Below are positions 53,351 through 64,000 of a DNA stretch of 64,000 nt, piece by piece. How positions within the stretch are numbered: position 1 is the first letter of the stretch; the number at the start of each line of letters is the position of its first letter. Source of the stretch: Octopus vulgaris (taxonomy: Eukaryota); NCBI GenBank assembly GCA_951406725.2, contig OX597819.1, forward strand, positions 24,242,001-24,306,000, read 5' to 3'. The position numbers and the translations under genes are program-made. The notes beneath the pieces are model-generated. The model had not been told where the DNA came from, made no database searches, and worked only from the letters and a program-made list of their open reading frames with translations.

Positions 53351-56300
53351 AAACAGATTTAAATGCAATAGTTAAAACCATAAAGATCATGCATGATTAA
53401 TTCAAAACAATGGGAGTACACATCATTACATTTAACAGAGTAATCTGAATGCTCTGGGGTTAAAAAATATTTACGACTTCGATTTGTTCGACAAAAACTT
53501 TCTCAAGGCGGTGCCCCAGCATGGCTGCAGTCCAAGTGTAAAAGATAAAAGATTGTCGTATCAGAATACCAATTTTACAAACTGAGATTTTCTCATATTG
53601 CAATTTACATAGGGAGATTCGGGGTAAAGAAATAGAGGCAACCATTTCTGATTTATGAACAACGCATATAGCTCTACGGTTAAGAAATTTGCTTGAGAAC
53701 AGCGGTTTCTCAGGTTCAACCCCAGCACTTGGACCAAGTGTCTTCTACTATAATCTCAAGTTTACAAATTTGTTATAAGTAGAATTTCGTAAACGAAAAC
53801 TCTGTAGAAGCCCGTGGTATCTGTATGTGTGTGTGCGCGTGCGAGTGTATATGTGTGTGTGTTTGTATAACGTCAAGGATTTTCAATGAAATAGGCTGTT
53901 TTATCCATGCTGGGGATGGTGGAGGTTTTAACTCATATACTATAAAAGGCTCTGGGAATGGAAGTTTTTATGCTGTTAGCGTAGGGTATAAATGTCCATA
54001 CACATACATATACACACACACATATCACGTGTATGTATATTGGCGAATTACAACGCCTGAAATTTTTTGTCATTTGTTATTTGATCAACCAGCTTCAAAA
54101 CTTAATAACTATGAAGAGTGACTGTTGATATTAAATCAACAAAAGACCAGTTGTATGTAAGTAGAGGGGGTGACCACGTCACCGTGAACTAAATGGAAGG
54201 TATCTTAATGAAAATCATGTCGCCTGTAAAGTAACCTCTATCCGTTATAATTCATCAAAAAATGTCTTCTGTTTTGTGAATGAGTAAAGGAACGAATGAA
54301 TGATTAGAGAAATATAAAGCAATTTTCTTTTTTTTTCCTGAATGGAGATGCATGTTGGCAAGATCAGTCGAGCGTCTTACAATGTAGGTACATTACTTTA
54401 TGTTTTGTATTCAAATCCCGCCAGAGTCGATTAGCATTCCGATGTCGTTAAAATTAGTATCAACCGGATTTTGGAAGTCGATCTAATTGACCCCTCCCCC
54501 ACACACACATACACAAAAAAACCTCTGCCTTTGTTCCAATGCAAATAATTGCTACTTTATGAAAAACTGGAAATAAAGTCGTGGTGTGTGGCAAAATTAA
54601 TAGCAAATCGGACACTCTGTTAAGCAGTGTTTAATTAACTCTCTTTACTCTCTTTGAATTTCTTCATTTTTCTGCGATTAACTTATCCGTTAACTGCGAA
54701 ATTAAATTTTATGCTTACTCCAGAAATGATATTAAACATTTACCAAAAACCTAGAATTGGTATTTTCTGCAAGTCACGCTGCCTTAAGAATGCAGTCAAT
54801 ATCTCAACAAAAAATTGTTTCAAACGACATTTCTCAAGAAAAGATGGTATATGAATAATCATTTTCTGCAGTTGAGCTTAATTAAATTTTGAGTAGATAT
54901 ATTTGAGGTCCTCAGCAAATACCAGTTCTATGCTGCGATTTGTACAGTTGCCTAAAACATTTCTGATAATCTGTGGGATTGTGCCATCTATGTTAGAAAA
55001 TCCCTTGTAGCTTTTAGATATGATCCTTTACATTCTCATTTTAAATCTTATTGATCTCAACTTTGCGTTTCGTCCTTCCGTAGTTGACAAAAAATAGAGT
55101 AGCAGTTATATACTAGGATCGATTTCATTAATGGTTAATCGTTTAGCTGGAAGACAATGCCCTACCCATGGCCTTTTACAATGTGTCGAAGGCTGGTGAG
55201 AGGGAAAGAGAAAGTTATCTTTAAAACTGAGGCTGGGTCTGCTTGCTTGCCACAGAGTGGGGTCTGTTAAAGGTGGCCTTAAACGGGGTAATGGGTTGTC
55301 TAGCACCAAGTAGGCCATGGCCAGATTTTAACTCAAAACATAAACAACCGGGTCAGATACTATAAGGCATCAGGTTAAGTTTTCTTACAATTCTACCTAT
55401 GCACGATACAGGATTGGGGCTTATTTATCGGCCCCGAATGGATGACAGGCAAAACTGACCTCGACAAGAGTTGAACTCAGAGCACACACAGTTGAAACAA
55501 ATACTGCAAGGTATTTCTCTATGAGATGATAAAACCTCCTTACAGCAACCGTTGGCCATTGTCCACTTTACGGCCTCTACCCTATTCTACGAATTGCTGT
55601 TCATTTAAATTATCTTATTCTCAGTATCGCTTATCAAAATTATTAGTCTAATATTGGCGACCAAATTCATAAAGTAACAATAATGGTGGTGGAGAACCTA
55701 TCTAGCAATATTTGCTCATTCCTCTAGGAATGAATAAAATGAATTTCACTAAAATTTGTGACTATCGTTAACAACTATTGTTGAAATGACTATGTTTACA
55801 AATATTATTACTCAAACGTATAGAAAATGACAGAGAGTTTCCTGGCGGACAGTTTTGCAGTTTGCTGATCGTAAAATTTAGATGATGTACTTGTTTTCAG
55901 TCCTCAATCAGTTGTGAAGAATATTCAGCTGCTACATAAAGCAGCTCTAAAGTCGGCTATCACCGTAAAGGATTGCTTCATTTGGATATGTGTGCTATTG
56001 CTGATTCGATATTCACGATATATATTTTATGCACATCACACCGTAGAACAAGAATTGAACTGAAATTTAAATATTATTTTATTGTTAATTATGTTCACAA
56101 TTTTACATTCTTCTTTCACCTAAGCTTTCTAGCACAAAATACACACACACACATTTTTATTCTATTTATGCATATTAGAAAATTTATGTACACATAAATA
56201 CAACACATACGTTCCCGACAGAGAGTTTCCAGAAGGACAGTGTTGCGGTTTTGCTGATTGCGACCTTTAGAAGTTGTACATATTTTCATTCCATAATCAA

Positions 56301-56597
56301 TTGCGAAGGAATATTCAGCTACTACATAAAGCAGTTTGGTTTTACTTTACATGTGAATAACTATGACTAGAACACCCACTGTATAGATGTGTTTCTGTGT
56401 GTAGCCAAACACATACTTTCGAATAATAATTAATCATATATGTATCGAGAAATGTATGTTTATGATTAAATGTATTTAGAGAGGTGGGTGGACAGAATCT
56501 TTAGAGCATTGGTGTTTATTTTTCAGCTCTTTATATTATGAATTCAAATGCCGACGAAGTGAACGTTGTTTTCATCTTTTCGGGGTTCGATATTGTA

Positions 56598-56895
56598 CTC
56601 CGTCGGTTACGACGGTGAAGGTGCTCTTTGATCCGATGAACGGAACAACCTCCTCGTGAAATTAAATGTGCATGTGGCCAAGCATTTCACAGACATGCAT
56701 ACCCTTAATGTAGTTCTCAAGAATATTCAGCGTTAAGCAGAATGTTATAAGGCTGGTCCTTTGAAATATAGGTACTACTCATTGTTGCCAGCTGAGTGGA
56801 CTGGAGCAATGTGAAATAAATCATCTTGCTCAAGGATACAACCTTTCACCGGGAATCGAACTCACGACCTTACGAACACTCCAATTCCTAAGCCA
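56598..56895 (-). mobile_element. SINE family B copy (diverged)
   Basis: Reverse complement similarity to 42167-42482. Confidence 0.75.
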
Positions 56896-57191
56896 CTTCA
56901 CTACCTGTCAAGTATTGGGTTATTTTATCTTATCGACCCCGAAATATCCTCTACTTCAAATATCAGACCTTGTTCCTTGTGCTTATGCTGGTAATGGTTC
57001 AGGGCGATGGATTAAGTTCAAATCTCGCCAAGGTCAGATTTGCTTTTTATCAGCCTGGATTTAATAAAAATAAAATCCCAGTCTAGTTCTGGGTCGATGT
57101 GATCGACTAACCCATTTCTCCTAAATTAAATTTCAAGCTATGTGACTATATATTAAAAACAAGGATTTGTGTACATCACCGTGTATATATA

Positions 57192-57412
57192 CATGGTTGG
57201 CCAAAAGTCACCCGACAGTAAATCAAAATTCCATAAATACTATCTGTAATTCGAATAGAAAAAAATGTGTCGCTTAAGAAGGACTTCAGTTTGAGCGATT
57301 TTCATGACACTTTTTTAGATGCTTCTATCAAATTCATTCAGTTGTTAAACATAAATAAATCTTGAAATTGAATGGTTTTGATTTACTGTCAGGTGACTTT
57401 TGGCCAATCCTA
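57192..57412. mobile_element. Tc1/mariner-type MITE (~220 bp)
   Basis: ~35-bp TIRs: ggttggccaaaagtcacccgacagtaaatcaaaa / ttttgatttactgtcaggtgacttttggccaatcc; TA-rich flanks. Confidence 0.8.
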
Positions 57413-57777
57413 CATGTATATATGTGTGCGTACTGAGGTGCTTAAGTAACAAACTCCACCTGCAGTACCGAGTACTGATGATATAAATCAAAACGTGAAT
57501 GTAGTCAGAAGGCCTATGATCTATCCTTCCTGTCTATTAATTAGTCTTATTATTTTTACATTTTGCTTTTACCATCTTCAGTTTAACAATATCAGGGCCT
57601 CTCTATTACTTTTAAACAGTGTAAAGTTTACAACAACGAAGCATTCTTTGGCATGCCAGGTACGCTCTTTTTAAATAACTATTGCTATCATATCGGTTCA
57701 TTTGAGTCCCAGAATCTGACTACGAAAGAATTGCTTCTCTGTTCTCTGCTTCAGTGATTCAGAAAAAGAAAAGAATT

Positions 57778-57828
<51 letters not shown>

Positions 57829-57873
57829 AAGTATGTATATATGTATGTATGCATGCGTGCGTGTACCAATCTC

Positions 57874-57909
<36 letters not shown>

Positions 57910-57956
57910 TGCGTGCGTATATCAATTTGGGCATATATATATATATATATATATAC

Positions 57957-57991
<35 letters not shown>

Positions 57992-57999
57992 TATATATT

Positions 58000-58030
<31 letters not shown>

Positions 58031-58072
58031 TCTTATGAATGAATAGTTGAAATACTTGCAACAAAGACACTT

Positions 58073-58124
<52 letters not shown>

Positions 58125-59319
58125 GTACTCATTGGCTATTTAGTGAATTGACCTAAAATAAGGATCTGGATTGCTTGATGGCTTACTCGTTTATTTCATT
58201 TGAGTGTTTTAGGGCGTGTGTGGCGGGGAGGAACTGCCCGTCATCTGGAAGCGTATTGAGAACGTAAAGAATTTGAAAATGAACGGTGATACTGGATTCT
58301 CTTGTCAAAACGCACAAACGCCCGCGCGTGAGAGCGCGCATACACACACACACACACACATCACACACACACACACATTCGAAACGTCTTATAGAAAATA
58401 TGAAAGCGAGTTTATATTGTGTTCCTACATATCCCGAAGTAATTAGCGTGACGTAACGCAATGCAAGAGAAAACAAATGCTTTCAGGTAATCAAAAAGAA
58501 GACGAAAGTTTTGGGGCTGAAGGTAGACTAAATGGCCTTCCAGTATTTTTAGCGCAGCTTATTTTTACTATTTTTTCGCAAGCGTGTCTCAGTGGTAAGG
58601 AGTTTGTTTCTCAGCCACATCGCTTGACAACCGACGTTGGTGTGTTTACGTGCTCGTAACTTAGTGCTTCGGTAAAAGAAACGATAGAATAAGTACTAGC
58701 CTAACAAATAATAAGAATTGAGGTTGATTTGTTCGACTAAAGGCGGTGCTCTAGTATGGTCGCAGTCAAATGAAGGAAACAAGTAAAAGAATAAAAGAGT
58801 ATATATATATATATATATATAACCAAAAAATATAAGCAACAAGAATGGATCGGTAGTTTAGTACAATCGTTTCATACTATAAACATTTTATTAAAGCTGC
58901 AAATATTACATTAAAAAATTCTGGTGCATCTAAGTATCATATTCTTTTGAATCTAAATTGTTTTGCTGAAATTATATATATATATATTTGTATCTATCAT
59001 TATGTCTGTATTTGCCTCACCACTACTGCTTGACAACCAGTATTGGTGTGTTTACATCTCCGTAACTTAGCTGTTCGGCAAAAAGAGTTAGATAAAATAA
59101 GTACCAAGTTTATAAGAAAAAAACATAAGCCCTGGGGTCAATTCATTCTACTTGAAACCTTCAAGGTGGTGCTCCAGCATGTCAAAGTCAAATGACAAAC
59201 AATTGAAGGAAAAAGATGATGCACACACACACACGCCTATATATGTATATAGATGTGTGTGTGTTTGTGTATTTATATGCGTGTGTGTGTTTGGGTGTAT
59301 GTATGTGTGTGTGTATTTA

Positions 59320-59548
59320 GGGACCTTTTGAGCGGGATGGGCTACCCGACCAGAAGAAAATTCTAACTGGACCCCACCTGCAAGGTCATGCGCTGTTTAT
59401 CTTGATATGAGATCACCATGCCGCGCACATATGGTTGTGATGCATGTGCCTGGTGTACCCTTATCAGACGGGTAGTGATGATGTGTATACTGGGCTTCGT
59501 ATATTTTACCCCAGTGTCACTTTGATGGCATGCACTGCTCTCTCACTC

Positions 59549-59590
<42 letters not shown>
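59320..59590 (+). mobile_element. Probable retroposon 3' end with (AAT)n tail
   Basis: GC-richer 230-bp block ending abruptly in (AAT)n; family not identified. Confidence 0.35.
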
Positions 59591-59592
<2 letters not shown>

Positions 59593-60394
59593 CTGGGATG
59601 GATTTCTTCGACTGAGCATTTCAAGGTGGTGCCCCAGCAGTCCAGTGAAGGAAACAAGTAAAAGGTAAAAAAACAAAAATTAGGACCAGGTTTCCGGTTT
59701 GGAGATAACTTCCGCTGTTTTCCCATCAGTCTCTGGCATCTTACAAAAGAGTCACGGCTACGGCTCTTCCTCTTCTGACAAACCCATATAAAAAAAGGGA
59801 AAAAAGGAATACTATTTCTTTAGAGGCATCTGATAGACAAATAAGGTGTGATGACTTGAGAATGAAATCTAGCTTCCCGTGTAGGATATTTGCAGCTGGT
59901 TAAATCAATGGCTAAGGTCGTCGATTATTGAATCATCAATGATTTTGTTTGTAGTGTTTTACTGGCATATATCCTGCGGAAATAGAATGTATTGTTGTTT
60001 AGCCGCAGCAAAAATCTAATCAATCAAACATATGATAAAAAGCATTCCTGGTTTGGCTATCCTTCGTTTTTGCATATCCAGGATAACATTGTTCAATGTG
60101 GCTTCCCTTTTTTTTAAAATTTTAATATAGAATTAGAGCAAGGCGGTGATCTAGCAGAAACGTTAGCATGCCTGGCGAAATGCTTAGCGGTGTTTCGTCT
60201 GTCTTTACGTTATGAGATCGAATTCCGCCGAGGTCGACTTTGCCTGTCATCCTTTCGGGGTCGATAAATTAAGTACCAGCTGCATATTGGAATGGATCTA
60301 ATAGAATGACTCTCATCCCCCAAATTTCGGGCTTTGATTAAAGTAGAAAAGATTATATTTAGAACTGGGTAAAGCGACTCATGGCCATCCCTAT

Positions 60395-60668
60395 ATAACT
60401 TTGATAGGTTTTGGCCAGTATAGGCCCAGGCCATGTCTATATATATAGATATTTATATACACATACATCTGTCTGTCTGTATGTATGTCTTCAAGGAATA
60501 CCACGTAAGCCACCCATACCTGGATACAACACACTCAACAACAACTCACTACTTGAATGGACCATAATACCACAAAACTTGTCTTAAAAGGGATTTAGAT
60601 AATCTTATCAGGTGGTGCTATTAAGTTAGACATGGCATAGACCAATCTTTGGTCGAGACATATCTAAG

Positions 60669-60672
<4 letters not shown>
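60395..60672. mobile_element. Two short 3' ends of the CR1/L2-group LINE family (minus 60395-60440, plus 60490-60672)
   Basis: caggtggtgctattaagttagacatggc and NNSLLEW-coding sequence match ~17195-17310. Confidence 0.7.
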
Positions 60673-60705
<33 letters not shown>

Positions 60706-60828
60706 TGAGTGTATTTTTACCTTGTTAACAATTAACACGGAAAAAATAAATAAATAGTTACCAGAGCAGCAAAAATGTGTCGAAAGTAAAAATATTTGAT
60801 TACACCTGCGTTAACTCCATTTTTTTAA

Positions 60829-60922
<94 letters not shown>

Positions 60923-61199
60923 TGTATGTATGTATGTATGTATGTATGTATGTATGTATGTATATATAAGTACCAGTTGCTTACTGGGGTCGATTTAATC
61001 GACTGGTCCCCTCCCCCAAATTTCGTGCCTTGAGCCTAGAGTAGAAAATAATATATAATTAGATCGAATTTAGCTTCTATTTTTAACAGGGCTTACGGCT
61101 AGGCAGAGAATGTTTTCTTAATATCTTTTATGCTTCCAGACCCCTACAATTATTCAATATATCCCCTACCTGTTTCTTTAGACTATCAAAATCATTATC

Positions 61200-61422
61200 T
61201 ATTTGTTTGTTGCCCACAAGGGGAAAAATATAGAGTGGAGAAACAAGGGGATTAAGCTGATTACATCGACCTCCAGTGCGTAACTGGTACTTATTTAATC
61301 GACCCCGAAAGGATGAAAGGCAAAGTCGACCTAGGCGGAATTTGAACTCAGAACGGATCGGCAGACAAAGTACCACTAAGCATATTGCCCGGCATGCTAA
61401 CGATTCCGCCAGCTCGCCGCCT
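61200..61422 (-). mobile_element. SINE family C copy
   Basis: Family C centre and cccttgtggg tail; other copies at 60140-60355 (plus) and 62428-62660 (minus). Confidence 0.8.
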
Positions 61423-61744
61423 TTAGACTATCGAAATCATTACCATCACCATCCCTATTAAATGTTAGTATGACTTTATGACTTCAAGATATGTCGATAG
61501 TTTGGTCTTACTTTACATGTAAGTGACTATGAATAGAACAAGGAAGATAAGGATTTCATCATATAATCGTACAGGAAACGATATGACAAATTTGGTCCCG
61601 TAGTCCTTGATTATAGTAATTTTCCGTTAGCAAGCCCCAGATAACAAAAAGTCACCTTCTACCGTAGAATTTCCCTACTTACTTGGAATTCAAATGCATT
61701 AGCTTGGGTCGTTTCCCTTCCATGCAAGTGTACACTGATCACGG

Positions 61745-61807
<63 letters not shown>

Positions 61808-61809
<2 letters not shown>

Positions 61810-61915
61810 TTTATTTAAAGCAGCAGAAAATTCAACAAAACCATATTACTCTACCACTGGTATTTGAGTACTCTTTTTTTCTACCTTGTTTCACATTTAT
61901 GTGTTTACTCCGGTA
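61808..61915. mobile_element. Centre-deleted copy of the 19566-19800 fold-back element
   Basis: ctttatttaaagcagcagaaaattcaacaaaacc is joined directly to atattactctacc...atgtgtttactccggta; flanked by (TA)n. Confidence 0.85.
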
Positions 61916-62427
61916 TATATATATATATATACGTGTGTTCACACACACATACACACACACACACACACGCACACACACAATATATTGTTTTACCTCTTAT
62001 TTCTAGCAATACTGGTGTTAACTAGTGACCTCAGTCACTCTAGTGACATACATTTCTGCCTTTCGGTTGTAAAATTGCGACCAAGCCACACTTGTTTATA
62101 ATTTTCATTTTCACCGTTTATGAAATCCGCGTATAATTTATACGATAATCTTATAAATTCACAAGGCGAGTTGAGTTTAATCCAGGCGCTAGGTAAGTGT
62201 CACTGACAAGCATTAATATAAATACGAAATCACTGTGATCTGGCTGTGTATTGGCGCTGAGGCAGCTTGCCTCTCTTGCCAGTCATTAAGATTAGTGCTT
62301 CTTGTGGCTATGAGTTGTTTTCACTCTTATTTCTAGCAATATTGGTCACTTCAGTGACATATATTTTTGCCGTTGTAAAATTGCTAAGAAGCCACCATTA
62401 TTATTTATATATATTATGTGTATATAC

Positions 62428-62660
62428 ATATTTCTTTACTACCCACAAGGGGTTAAACACAGAGGGAACAAACAAGGACAGACAAACGGATTAAGTCGAT
62501 TACATCGACCCCCAGTGCGTAACTGGTACTTATTTAATCGACCCCGAAAGGATGAAAGGCAAAGTCGACATCGGCGGAATTTGAACTCAGAACGTAACGG
62601 CAGACGAAATACGGTTACGCATTTCGCCCGGCGTGCTAACGTTTCTGCCAGCTCGCCGCC
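62428..62660 (-). mobile_element. SINE family C, full-length monomer with Tx1-like tail
   Basis: Minus strand runs ggcggcgagctggcagaaacgttagc...ccccttgtgggtagtaaagaaata. Confidence 0.85.
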
Positions 62661-63555
62661 TATATATTATATGTATATACATATATGTGGTGTTGTTTTC
62701 CGTTTTCAACTGTTGAACTTGAAGTATATAAAGTTATGAAATAATAGCATGTACATATTGGGCTAAAACCCACTTTGGATAGAAACACTTGATGATTATC
62801 CTGGGACTCGAACCCGCATATTCCGTAAACATGACGGACATTATACCATTGGACGAAGGCAATTCTTCGAATTTCTTTATTCGTTTTAGAAAGTTTAGAA
62901 ACTATTATTTGGTGTTTTGTGTACTTTGTATTCAACCATTAAAAAAACAAAAACGAATTGTTTCATACGCACACACACACACACATATGTTTGTAATGTA
63001 TGTACGTGTTTGTGTGTATTCAAATTCTGGGCTGCTGAGTTTATTTTAGCTGTTTGACATTCGAGAATAATGACGGTCACGGCAACCAAGCTATCTAAAT
63101 TTTCCTGCAAGAGAGACATCGTGTTGTAATGTAAAGTAAGGCATATGTATTGTGGCTTATAATAGTACTAACCGTTATTCAGGTTATTGCGTAATAAAAA
63201 ACGGAGGAATTGATGCATGTCGTAGAGTTTATGAATTAAATGCAATTATAACCTTCACATTATGATTACATAACAGGAAAATAAAAGTTGTAATAGGCGA
63301 AAAAAATTGACAGCTATCAAATGAAGGATTATATTTAATTAAACTATTTTTTGTGCTCATTGTATTAAATATGTCGATATAAACTTAGTTATTGTTTCTC
63401 ACCCAGATTGCGTCCCCGAGTAATACTCTTGAGTGATTTATTTTTCTGCAGTCCATGCTTACTTGGTTACAATATTGAAATTCGCTGATCATCACATAGG
63501 CAAATAAATTAAGGTTGTGTCACTGAGAAGGTTTCATAAGCCTCAAACGCGTCAT

Positions 63556-63655
63556 NNNNNNNNNNNNNNNNNNNNNNNNNNNNNNNNNNNNNNNNNNNNN
63601 NNNNNNNNNNNNNNNNNNNNNNNNNNNNNNNNNNNNNNNNNNNNNNNNNNNNNNN
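63556..63655. other. Assembly gap (100 N)
   Basis: Run of N. Confidence 1.
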
Positions 63656-64000
63656 TATGAGTAAACAGTGAAGAGCCTAATAATATATTAACACCAGTGA
63701 GGTGGAAAGCGGACAGGTCACATATTTAAGCGAAAGAAGGGCACGCCTTAGTTATATATTAAAAGAACGTTTCTTTCCCCTTCTGTTTTCTTTTTTTTTG
63801 TTTTTGGTTTCAATAATTTTTTTTTTTACATAATTACTGTAATTTTTTCTGTGTTGTTGAAATCTACCCCAGTTTGCTATTCATAAAATATTTTATTGCC
63901 GGTTTCAATTCCTTCCTTGCTTCAAATTTTGTCGTCGAGGTGAGATAAGAAATGGTGATACCGTACATTCCTTAAAAGATTGAAAGGTTTATAACTGAGG

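Noticed and set aside
63521-63555. Hammerhead-like CTGAGAA-GGTTT...AAGCC-TCAAACGCGTC
   Set aside because: Both core segments are mutated and the sequence is cut by the assembly gap; too weak to call.

Overview
AT-rich, microsatellite-saturated eukaryotic DNA. The (TA)n/(CA)n/(TATG)n load and the SINE families suggest an octopus/cephalopod genome, which is an inference. I cannot identify any host gene, and most short ORFs in the track are microsatellite read-throughs. The window is a mobile-element landscape: (1) a near-intact Penelope-like retroelement (PLE, 10263-15267) inserted in (TA)n, with inverted plus direct pseudo-LTRs, an RT + C-terminal GIY-YIG protein split by frame changes inside a ~270-codon Asn-rich insert, and a variant hammerhead-like motif; (2) a perfect 159-bp palindrome carrying a well-formed minimal type I hammerhead ribozyme on each strand (19568-19726), plus about 9 other hammerhead-like motifs from PLE relics; (3) a young 5'-truncated Tx1/L1-group LINE (45002-47953, 19-bp TSD) whose last ~36 nt match the tail of one SINE subfamily, suggesting a LINE-SINE partnership; (4) decayed CR1/L2-group and RTE LINEs, a decayed piggyBac, two non-autonomous Helitrons, two Tc1/mariner-type MITEs, and many tRNA-derived SINEs of at least four modular families. 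A 100-N assembly gap lies at 63556-63655. Coordinates of decayed repeats are approximate.
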